From the IMG/VR virus record IMGVR_UViG_2724678985_000018: a stretch of DNA of 8,282 bases, one strand, 5' to 3'. The stretch is from a virus. Taxonomy: Duplodnaviria; Heunggongvirae; Uroviricota; Caudoviricetes. Below, in pieces: positions 1 to 6,295 of the stretch; within the stretch, counting starts at the first letter, position 1, and the number at the start of each line of letters is the position of its first letter. The notes under the pieces are model-generated. The model was given only the letters and a program-made list of their open reading frames with translations, was not told the origin of the DNA and ran no database searches. The position numbers and the translations under genes were made by a program.

Positions 1-26
1 GTAAGCGTAAACTGACCGCCGTATGT
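1..26. repeat. IS66 left terminal inverted repeat (IRL)
   Basis: GTAAGCG terminus, the conserved IS66-family end. Pairs imperfectly with the reverse complement of 2505-2532. Exact inner boundary is uncertain. Confidence 0.8.
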
Positions 27-85
27 AGCCATCAGACGAGAATTGGTAACTTAGACGCCCATCTGATATAGACGGACATCTAAGT

Positions 86-511
86 ATGGAATTACAGGAC
101 TGGCGAAAAGAACCTCGTAAAAACTATTCGAATGAATTCAAACTTCGTATGGTGGAACTGGCATCACAACCTGGAGCTTGTGTTGCACAGATTGCACGTG
201 AAAATGGCGTCAATGATAATGTTATTTTCAAATGGCTCAGGCTCTGGCAGAACGAAGGGCGTGTTTCGCGGCGTCTTCCGGTAACGACCTCTTCTGACAC
301 TGGCGTTGAATTATTACCTGTAGAAATAACGCCGGATGAGCAGAAAGAACCTGTGGCGGCCATTGCGCCGTCTTTATCCACTTCCACTCAGACCAGAGTC
401 AGTGCCAGTTCCTGCAAGGTGGAATTCCGTCACGGTAACATGACGCTGGAAAATCCATCGCCAGAGCTGCTCACGGTGTTGATCCGTGAACTGACCGGGA
501 GGGGAAGATGA
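86..511 (+). CDS. tnpA: IS66-family accessory protein OrfA (helix-turn-helix)
   Basis: 141 aa. N-terminal NYSNEFKLRMVELASQPGACVAQIARENGVNDNVIFKWL is the typical IS66 Orf1 helix-turn-helix segment. Stop overlaps the orfB start (ATGA). Confidence 0.85.
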   Translation: MELQDWRKEPRKNYSNEFKLRMVELASQPGACVAQIARENGVNDNVIFKWLRLWQNEGRVSRRLPVTTSSDTGVELLPVEITPDEQKEPVAAIAPSLSTSTQTRVSASSCKVEFRHGNMTLENPSPELLTVLIRELTGRGR

Positions 512-858
512 TCTCACTCCCATCAGGTACCCGTATCTGGCTCGTTGCCGGCGTTACCGATATGCGTAAATCCTTCAACGGACTGGGAGAACAGGTACAA
601 CATGTGCTGAATGATAATCCCTTCTCCGGTCACCTGTTTATCTTCCGTGGCCGACGGGGTGACACCGTCAAAATTCTTTGGGCTGATGCTGATGGTCTGT
701 GCCTGTTCACCAAACGCCTGGAGGAAGGCCAGTTTATCTGGCCTGCGGTACGTGACGGCAAGGTATCCATTACCCGCTCGCAACTGGCAATGCTCCTCGA
801 TAAGCTGGACTGGCGTCAGCCAAAAACATCCAGCCGTAACTCACTGACAATGTTGTAA
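508..858 (+). CDS. tnpB: IS66-family accessory protein OrfB (TnpB of IS66; unrelated to the IS200/IS605 RNA-guided TnpB)
   Basis: 116 aa starting MISLPSGTRIWLVAGVTDMRKSFNGLGEQV...HLFIFRGRRGDTVKILWADADGLCLFTKRLEEGQFIWP, the highly conserved IS66 Orf2 signature. Start is coupled to the orfA stop. Confidence 0.92.
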   Translation: MISLPSGTRIWLVAGVTDMRKSFNGLGEQVQHVLNDNPFSGHLFIFRGRRGDTVKILWADADGLCLFTKRLEEGQFIWPAVRDGKVSITRSQLAMLLDKLDWRQPKTSSRNSLTML

Positions 859-888
859 AAAACTCCTGACCGCATTATAAAAACGGTC

Positions 889-2502
889 ATGAGTCAGAAA
901 TACCTCATTCGCATCGCAGAGCTGGAAAGGTTGCTCTCTGAGCAGGCTGAAGCCCTCCGTCAGAAAGACCAGCAACTGAGTCTGGTTGAAGAGACGGAAG
1001 CCTTCCTGCGCTCTGCACTGACACGTGCCGAAGAAAAGATCGAAGAAGATGAACGGGAAATAGAACATCTGCGGGCTCAGATAGAAAAACTGCGCCGGAT
1101 GCTGTTCGGTACCCGTTCTGAAAAACTGCGTCGTGAAGTTGAACTGGCTGAGGCTCTGCTGAAACAACGTGAACAGGACAGCGATCGTTACAGTGGGCGG
1201 GAAGACGATCCTCAGGTTCCCCGCCAGTTGCGACAGTCGCGCCATCGTCGTCCGTTACCGGCACACCTTCCCCGTGAAATACACCGCCTGGAGCCAGAAG
1301 AAAGCTGTTGCCCGGAGTGTGGCGGTGAGCTGGATTATCTGGGAGAAGTCAGCGCTGAACAGCTGGAACTGGTGAGCAGTGCCCTGAAAGTGATCCGCAC
1401 AGAACGGGTAAAAAAAGCCTGTACAAAATGTGACTGTATTGTTGAAGCACCGGCGCCGTCCCGCCCGATAGAGCGTGGTATCGCGGGCCCCGGATTACTT
1501 GCCCGCGTGTTAACGGGAAAATACTGCGAACATCTGCCACTGTATCGTCAGAGTGAAATCTTTGCCCGCCAGGGTGTCGAACTGAGCCGGGCCTTACTCT
1601 CCAACTGGGTTGACGCGTGCTGCCAGTTAATGACACCGGTGAATGATGCCCTGTACCGTTATGTGATGAATACCCGCAAGCTTCACACTGACGACACACC
1701 GGTAAAGGTACTGGCACCGGGCCTGAAAAAGACGAAAACAGGGCGCATCTGGACGTATGTCCGGGATGATCGCAATGCGGGTTCGTCATCTCCTCCGGCG
1801 GTCTGGTTCGCGTACTCATCGAACCGGCAGGGGAAACACCCGGAGCAACACCTCCGCCCCTTCCGGGGTATCCTGCAGGCGGATGCGTTCACAGGTTATG
1901 ACAGGCTGTTCAGTGCAGAACGTGAAGGTAGTGCGCTGACAGAAGTTGCGTGCTGGGCTCATGCCCGGAGAAAAATCCACGATGTATACATCAGCAGCAA
2001 AAGTGCGACGGCAGAAGAAGCCCTGAAGCGAATCAGTGAACTGTACGCCATCGAGGATGAAATACGGGGATTACCAGAATCAGAGCGTCTTGCAGCCAGG
2101 CAGCAGCGAAGCAAAGCGTTACTGACGTCGCTGCATGAATGGATGGTGGAGAAGAATGGCACGCTGTCGAAAAAATCCAGACTGGGCGAAGCGTTCAGCT
2201 ATGTACTGAATCAGTGGGACGCCCTCTGTTATTACAGTGATGACGGTCTGGCGGAGGTGGACAATAACACAGCGGAAAGAGCGCTTCGTGCAGTCTGTCT
2301 CGGAAAGAAAAATTACGTGTTCTTCGGTAGCGATCACGGCGGCGAGCGTGGAGCACTGCTGTACGGGCTGAGCGGCACCTGCCGTCTGAACGGTATCGAT
2401 CCGGAAGCGTATCTGCGCCATATTCTGAGCGTACTGCCGGAATGGCCCTCCAACCGTGTTGACGAACTCCTGCCATGGAACGTAGTACTCACCAATAAAT
2501 AA
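889..2502 (+). CDS. tnpC: IS66-family transposase (TnpC; DDE type with N-terminal coiled coil and zinc-finger-like CxxC...CxxC)
   Basis: 537 aa. N-terminal heptad-rich region (LERLLSEQAEALRQKDQQL...IEHLRAQIEKLRRMLFG), then CPECGGEL...CTKCDC, then a large catalytic region. Size and architecture match IS66 transposases. Confidence 0.92.
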   Translation: MSQKYLIRIAELERLLSEQAEALRQKDQQLSLVEETEAFLRSALTRAEEKIEEDEREIEHLRAQIEKLRRMLFGTRSEKLRREVELAEALLKQREQDSDRYSGREDDPQVPRQLRQSRHRRPLPAHLPREIHRLEPEESCCPECGGELDYLGEVSAEQLELVSSALKVIRTERVKKACTKCDCIVEAPAPSRPIERGIAGPGLLARVLTGKYCEHLPLYRQSEIFARQGVELSRALLSNWVDACCQLMTPVNDALYRYVMNTRKLHTDDTPVKVLAPGLKKTKTGRIWTYVRDDRNAGSSSPPAVWFAYSSNRQGKHPEQHLRPFRGILQADAFTGYDRLFSAEREGSALTEVACWAHARRKIHDVYISSKSATAEEALKRISELYAIEDEIRGLPESERLAARQQRSKALLTSLHEWMVEKNGTLSKKSRLGEAFSYVLNQWDALCYYSDDGLAEVDNNTAERALRAVCLGKKNYVFFGSDHGGERGALLYGLSGTCRLNGIDPEAYLRHILSVLPEWPSNRVDELLPWNVVLTNK

Positions 2503-2504
2503 GC

Positions 2505-2532
2505 GTCAATACGGTGCTCCGTTGACGCTTAC
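2505..2532. repeat. IS66 right terminal inverted repeat (IRR), with an internal 9-bp hairpin
   Basis: Ends ...CGCTTAC at 2532, the reverse complement of the left-end GTAAGCG. AAGCGTCAA (2501-2509) and TTGACGCTT (2522-2530) are reverse complements of each other. Confidence 0.8.
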
Positions 2533-2670
2533 AAACATCGTGACGTTCCTTTGGGTGGGTGAGCCAACGCCCGGGAGCGATCTGCCCACAGAGAAAGTCA
2601 CACTGACCACTCCGTAAGCTCACCCCCGAAAGGCTCTGTGGTTGATATGCGCCGGGCGTGGCGCAGATAC

Positions 2671-2694
2671 AAAAAAGGCCCGCCGAAGCGAGCC
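2671..2694 (-). terminator. Rho-independent terminator downstream of the tRNA cluster
   Basis: Minus strand reads GGCTCGC-TTCG-GCGGGCC followed by TTTTTT. 7-bp GC-rich stem with one mismatch, tetraloop, U-tract. Lies 13 nt past the 3' end of the last tRNA. Confidence 0.6.
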
Positions 2695-2707
2695 TGGAAA
2701 ATAAGTG

Positions 2708-2784
2708 TGGCGCGTTGTAGTGGAGTCTAACCACTGACCGATTGCTTAGAAGGCAATTGCTCTGTCCGACTGAGCTAACAACGC
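2708..2784 (-). tRNA. tRNA-Arg (anticodon TCT)
   Basis: Manual cloverleaf from the reverse complement: GCGTTGT-TA-GCTC-AGTCGGACA-GAGC-A-ATTGC-CTTCTAA-GCAAT-CGGTC-AGTGG-TTAGACT-CCACT-ACAACGC-G-CCA. All four stems pair perfectly, CCA is encoded. The T-loop TTAGACT is non-canonical. Confidence 0.75.
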
Positions 2785-2797
2785 ATGATGCTGATAA

Positions 2798-2874
2798 TGG
2801 ACCGCCATCGGGGACTTGAACCCCGCGCAGCCAGCTTCGAAGGCTGGCGCTCTGTCCCGATGAGCTAATAGCGG
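2798..2874 (-). tRNA. tRNA-Arg (anticodon TCG), atypical acceptor end
   Basis: Manual cloverleaf: CCGCTAT-TA-GCTC-ATCGGGACA-GAGC-G-CCAGC-CTTCGAA-GCTGG-CTGCG-CGGGG-TTCAAGT-CCCCG-ATGGCGG-T-CCA. Canonical T-loop and perfect D, anticodon and T stems. Acceptor stem starts C1-G72 with a T at the discriminator position, both unusual. Confidence 0.6.
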
Positions 2875-2883
2875 TATGTAATA

Positions 2884-2959
2884 TGGTGGCCCTTGCTGGA
2901 TTTGAACCAGCGACCTGGCGATTATGAGTCGCTCGCTCTCACCACTGAGCTAAAGGACC
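2884..2959 (-). tRNA. tRNA with CAT anticodon, most likely tRNA-Ile2 (lysidine type) rather than Met
   Basis: Manual cloverleaf: GGTCCTT-TA-GCTC-AGTGGTGA-GAGC-G-AGCGA-CTCATAA-TCGCC-AGGTC-GCTGG-TTCAAAT-CCAGC-AAGGGCC-A-CCA. Closely resembles the E. coli ileX/ileY tRNA as I recall it, differing in acceptor and anticodon stems. One A-C mismatch at the base of the anticodon stem. Confidence 0.75.
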
Positions 2960-2987
2960 GAGCCAAAAAATAATAATCAGATGAAAA

Positions 2988-3701
2988 TCAATAATCAAGC
3001 CCTTGCCTGGATACATATCTGTCTGGCGGGAAGCCATAATAGCGGTGAAATACAGAAATAAAGTAGGACCTGCTTGAATAACCGCATTTTTCTGCTATAG
3101 CCTGTCCATATCCATGCCGGGAACATAACATATTTACAGCAACACGCATCCGCTCTTCCAGCAACAAGCGACTGAACATGCCCCCTTCATTTTTCAGTTT
3201 TGTCTTTAACAAACTCTCACTCATATGCAACTGTAGAGCAATCGCACCAAGCGTCCAGCTTGCTGATATATCTGTCTGAATTATCGCCCTGACTTTGGCA
3301 CTTATGCTGGATAAACATCCACTTAAAAACAATGACATCCGTTCATCTGTTTCAAACAGAGACAGGCAGGCCATCATAAGAAACATATCCGTGACCTCTC
3401 CGGAAAATCCCTGGCTGGTAATTAAAGCCGCAGCCAACGCAGGATTGTTGGGTTCCAGCAACAGGTAAAGCGGAATGTCAGTCAGACGAGTCCTCGTCAG
3501 CTTATGCTGACTTTCCAGATATTGACTTACGACGGATTCGCTTATATCGACAATTTTAACTTTGCCATAATGCATAAGGAAAAGCTCCCTGATGCATTTG
3601 GTGGCCAGAACGACTGAGCCTGGCTTAAGTGACAACGTATCCTTTTCAAGAAAAATATTAATTGGGGAGCAAACCATGATAACTGAACAGACAACAGCCA
3701 T
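2988..3701 (-). CDS. AraC/XylS-family transcriptional regulator (C-terminal double helix-turn-helix, N-terminal domain without a recognisable cupin)
   Basis: 237 aa. C-terminal WTLGAIALQLHMSESLLKTKLKNEGGMFSRLLLEERMRVAVNMLCSRHGYGQAIAEKCGYSSRSYFISVFHRYYGFPPDRY is a textbook AraC helix-turn-helix domain. Locus is visibly AT-rich compared with its flanks. True start may be the second Met (ATG at 3677). Confidence 0.8.
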   Translation of the reverse strand: MAVVCSVIMVCSPINIFLEKDTLSLKPGSVVLATKCIRELFLMHYGKVKIVDISESVVSQYLESQHKLTRTRLTDIPLYLLLEPNNPALAAALITSQGFSGEVTDMFLMMACLSLFETDERMSLFLSGCLSSISAKVRAIIQTDISASWTLGAIALQLHMSESLLKTKLKNEGGMFSRLLLEERMRVAVNMLCSRHGYGQAIAEKCGYSSRSYFISVFHRYYGFPPDRYVSRQGLDY

Positions 3702-3736
3702 TATAATTTTACTTTCATTAGCAATTGGTTAGCTCA

Positions 3737-3767
3737 ATTATAGCCCCAAAAGGTAAATTATCATCAA
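3737..3767 (-). promoter_or_regulatory. Candidate sigma70 promoter for the AraC-family gene
   Basis: Minus strand TTGATG (-35), 19-bp spacer, TATAAT (-10), about 35 nt upstream of the ATG at 3701. Spacer is longer than optimal. Confidence 0.3.
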
Positions 3768-3821
3768 CACATAAGCAAAGGACTGACAGGTGTCGCCCCC
3801 CCACCAGCCGCCCATTCACCA

Positions 3822-3849
3822 CAAATAAAAAGCCTTCAGGACTGAAGGC
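3822..3849 (-). terminator. Rho-independent terminator overlapping the 3' end of the 65-aa ORF
   Basis: Minus strand GCCTTCA-GTCC-TGAAGGC (perfect 7-bp stem) followed by TTTTTATTTG. The TGA stop of the upstream ORF lies inside the hairpin. Confidence 0.6.
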
Positions 3850-4033
3850 GTCTGTAACAACCGCACTGATAGTCTGCCAGACCCGCCATAACAAGCTGGG
3901 TCAGTATTAACTGGCAGCGTTCGCGTGAAAGGTAAGTATTCTGCGCAATCTCCCCGACTGTCGCCGGTTCGGTAACGCTTAATTCATTAAACACCACTCT
4001 GGCGGTTTCTGTCATATCCTGCTGTTTTAGCAT
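3836..4033 (-). CDS. Small hypothetical protein (65 aa), possible small DNA-binding protein
   Basis: MLKQQDMTETARVVFNELSVTEPATVGEIAQNTYLSRERCQLILTQLVMAGLADYQCGCYRRLQS. Co-directional with phage genes, followed immediately by a terminator. A weak AGGGAA lies about 9 nt upstream of the ATG. The ELSVTEPATVGEIAQ...LSRERCQLIL stretch suggests a helix-turn-helix or winged helix but I could not place it in a family. Confidence 0.45.
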   Translation of the reverse strand: MLKQQDMTETARVVFNELSVTEPATVGEIAQNTYLSRERCQLILTQLVMAGLADYQCGCYRRLQS

Positions 4034-4155
4034 GTCTTTTTTCCCTTTTGGTTAACGTGACATACCAATAACTCTTGTCCAAAAAGCCAGCAAGCAGAAA
4101 GACCGGTATTCGCAACCACCAGCGCATTTAACGCCCCGTGCCGTTTTTCAGTCAT

Positions 4156-4177
4156 AAAAAAACCCGCAAAAAGCGGG
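4156..4177 (-). terminator. Rho-independent terminator about 80 nt downstream of the Q-like gene (tR'-like position)
   Basis: Minus strand CCCGC-TTTTT-GCGGG followed by TTTTTTT (the + strand shows a 7-A run at 4156-4162). Sits between the Q-like gene and the downstream cargo, where lambdoid phages place the terminator that Q-modified polymerase reads through. Confidence 0.6.
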
Positions 4178-4256
4178 CTCTTTCAAATGTCCATGTCTGC
4201 TATTCGCCTCGCGGTACAGCTTTGCGAAGCGTACCGGAATTGAAGCAGTTTTTACG

Positions 4257-4823
4257 TCAAAAAGCAATAACTTTTTTATCTATACCAAAAGCCATAACCA
4301 TTGGTTTGTACAAAATAAATTCTGCCACCTTTAGCCAATGCTCAATGCGTCTTTCACAGGTTCTTAAACTCCATTCCGGATGTGCATCATTCAGCAGTTC
4401 AGCCATTTTGCGCTTAGTCATCCCCCGCCCCACATAACGCTGACTCAGAACATTGAGCAGCCCGGGATAACCTGCCAGTACTTCACCAATAACCCTGTCG
4501 ATTATTAACGCCTCTGAATCGGTACAATGTGCCAGCCAGCTTTTTTGATTGCCGTTGATCATATCCCGCAAAAAAGCCTCAAGTTCAGGTTTGTCCAGAC
4601 CCGCTTTTTTCATCCTCCGGAGCGCCTCGTTAATTGCCGTTTTTGTCAGCTTTTTAGAGGTCAGTAATTGGTTGAACATATTTCCCGTCTTACCGTCGCC
4701 AATATACGACCAACGCCCCCACATACGCAGTTTCCCCTGGATCCAGACACTTTCCAGCGTTTTCAGGCGTAAATGCTCACCGCTTTTGCCTGTAATTTCC
4801 GGGTATATCATATTTATGCTCAC
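4257..4823 (-). CDS. Putative late-gene antitermination protein (Q-like)
   Basis: 188 aa. Directly downstream of rusA with a 4-nt GTGA start/stop overlap, followed by an intrinsic terminator and then tRNAs and cargo. The segment LRMWGRWSYIGDGKTGNMFNQLLTSKKLTK resembles the WGAW...F.GL.TSK N-terminal segment I recall from phage 82/DLP12-type Q proteins. Annotated start is GTG at 4823; an alternative ATG is at 4811. Call rests mainly on synteny. Confidence 0.5.
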   Translation of the reverse strand: MSINMIYPEITGKSGEHLRLKTLESVWIQGKLRMWGRWSYIGDGKTGNMFNQLLTSKKLTKTAINEALRRMKKAGLDKPELEAFLRDMINGNQKSWLAHCTDSEALIIDRVIGEVLAGYPGLLNVLSQRYVGRGMTKRKMAELLNDAHPEWSLRTCERRIEHWLKVAEFILYKPMVMAFGIDKKVIAF

Positions 4824-5179
4824 TCACTTTCAATTTTGTAAATCTTCACGCCCAGCCGCCCACCAGAAACGAGCTGGCCGCGCACAATATTGATTTCATC
4901 AAACTGCTCGTCGTCTATGAGAAGTCCGGCATGCGTCAGCGCATCCAGTGGTGCTTTCAGGATATTGTCCAGGTCACGACGGCGCTTATCCGGTGGCTCT
5001 GCAATAATCTTTATCGCCAGCCTTCCGGACAGGTTTAATTTCAGCCGCTGCTGGCGAACAATAAGTGCCACATCCCGGCGATAACGCTCACCGGCTTTTG
5101 ATACAAAATATGTGCTGCCACGACGTCGCCAGTAGGTGTTCACCGTCGGCGGGTAAGGCAAAACAAACTCTATACGCAT
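4820..5179 (-). CDS. rusA: Holliday-junction resolvase RusA (crossover junction endodeoxyribonuclease)
   Basis: 119 aa with LPYPPTVNTYW...YRRDVA...PPDKRRRDLDNILKAPLDALTHAGLLIDDEQ...GGRLGVKI, matching the RusA pattern including the catalytic D-rich motifs. AAGAGG ribosome-binding site 7 nt upstream of the ATG. Confidence 0.88.
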   Translation of the reverse strand: MRIEFVLPYPPTVNTYWRRRGSTYFVSKAGERYRRDVALIVRQQRLKLNLSGRLAIKIIAEPPDKRRRDLDNILKAPLDALTHAGLLIDDEQFDEINIVRGQLVSGGRLGVKIYKIESE

Positions 5180-5191
5180 CAGTAACCTCTT

Positions 5192-6295
5192 TTACCCGAG
5201 CACGCCGGTTGCAAAGGCGTGATCAAGAAAACGAAAAATTAAATCAACCTGGGAACCATGCTTTTCTTCGAACGCCAGCGGATCCGCATGAAGCTCGTTG
5301 TGATGCTCCCGACACAGCGGTAGCGTGAAAATATCGTGGGATTTTGTTCCCATTCCGCCCTGACCATGACCAATCAGATGATGAGGATCGTCCGCTGGCT
5401 TACCACAACACGCACACGGCTGTGTCTTTACCCAGCGTGTGTATTTCTCATTTACCCAGCGGCGACGTTTAGGTCGTTTCATGAAGGATTCCGGAGACTC
5501 CGGATCAACGGCAATGCTGACCACCGTCTTTTCCTGTGGTGGGTTCTGTTGCTGGTGGGTGTGAGGCGGTAGCGCAATATTTTTTGTGCGCTGCTTCAGT
5601 ATGCTGGTGGCGGTCTGTTCTCCCGGTATGATGTCGCTTTCACGGTATACGGAGCGGATTTTTTCCGCCGGTAATCCCAGAGAGCGACGCGATACTGCCT
5701 CAGGTAATGCGTCCACCACCTGATTGCAGACTGCCCACCAGGATAATTCAGCCAGCGATAATTCCCGCTCCTGCGTGCCATTCATTACATGGCGTATGAC
5801 GTCAATCATCCAGGCTGTCAGATTTTGTTGAGTAAGTTGCTCAAGTGATTCGGAGGTCTGGTCGCGCAGCTGGTTGTCGCAGTGCCAGCACAACACCATT
5901 GCGCCAGCACCGTAACTGTGAATAACGGTTTCGCTGTGATGATAATCGCCGTGTGGCCACTGGCAGGATTTCACGTGACGTAATAACCAGTCAGACAGTG
6001 CACCAGCGCCGCCAGCTGCACGAATCACCCGCTCATCGCTGAAAAATGGCAGCAGTGATTTATCTTCCGCCAGCGGCTGGCGAACAGCAGGAACCGCTCC
6101 AGATGGCAGCGCCCGCATGTTTTTCGGTTCCGGCTCCACCAGCACCCTGCCGCGATGAAAAACTGGCAATGATTCACGACCGGGCTTAAGGACCACCAGC
6201 CCGAGTTCCGGAACCAGAACAGGTCGAAGTAATACCCGCACATTACCTCCAGACGCGCTGACGGTAGCAGGCATGTGTCCGTGGCAGATGTGCAC
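5192..6295 (-). CDS. DUF968-family phage protein with C-terminal HNH-like motif (YdfU-like)
   Basis: 367 aa from a GTG start. C-terminus CACCGKPADDPHHLIGHGQGGMGTKSHDIFTLPLCREHHNELHADPLAFEEKHGSQ is the Cys/His-rich signature I associate with Qin-prophage YdfU-type proteins. No Shine-Dalgarno before either the GTG (6295) or the first ATG (6274). The 5' end overlaps the preceding 90-aa ORF. Confidence 0.7.
   Translation of the reverse strand: MHICHGHMPATVSASGGNVRVLLRPVLVPELGLVVLKPGRESLPVFHRGRVLVEPEPKNMRALPSGAVPAVRQPLAEDKSLLPFFSDERVIRAAGGAGALSDWLLRHVKSCQWPHGDYHHSETVIHSYGAGAMVLCWHCDNQLRDQTSESLEQLTQQNLTAWMIDVIRHVMNGTQERELSLAELSWWAVCNQVVDALPEAVSRRSLGLPAEKIRSVYRESDIIPGEQTATSILKQRTKNIALPPHTHQQQNPPQEKTVVSIAVDPESPESFMKRPKRRRWVNEKYTRWVKTQPCACCGKPADDPHHLIGHGQGGMGTKSHDIFTLPLCREHHNELHADPLAFEEKHGSQVDLIFRFLDHAFATGVLG

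Larger units (their letters stand above)
1..2532 (+). mobile_element. IS66-family insertion sequence, apparently complete (IRL-orfA-orfB-transposase-IRR)
   Basis: Window begins with GTAAGCGTAAACTGACCGCC. The reverse complement of 2505-2532 is GTAAGCGTCAACGGAGCACCGTATTGAC, matching about 20 of the first 25 positions. Three co-directional ORFs lie between, with ATGA stop/start overlap between orfA and orfB at 508-511 and the transposase ORF ending 30 bp before the right repeat. About 2.5 kb total, typical for IS66-family elements. Confidence 0.9.

Noticed and set aside
508-858. The IS66 'TnpB' as a possible RNA-guided nuclease (IS200/IS605 TnpB or Cas12-like)
   Set aside because: The name coincidence is misleading. 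The sequence is the small IS66 Orf2 accessory protein (116 aa), with no RuvC-like domain and far too small.
905-2476. Multiple minus-strand ORFs (for example 905-1264, 1349-1819, 2119-2421, 2195-2476) inside the IS66 transposase gene
   Set aside because: They lie antisense to or overlap a confidently identified, highly conserved transposase ORF. No ribosome-binding sites and no recognisable motifs. Typical shadow ORFs.
3725-3910. 61-aa + strand ORF spanning the AraC promoter region and the small-ORF terminator
   Set aside because: Opposite strand to all neighbouring genes, overlaps a terminator hairpin and candidate promoter, no ribosome-binding site. Likely spurious.
4138-5328. Plus-strand ORFs overlapping the Q-like and rusA genes (4138-4437, 4549-4893, 4890-5084, 5065-5328)
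   Set aside because: Antisense to well-supported genes (RusA is unambiguous). Compositionally biased translations. No start signals.
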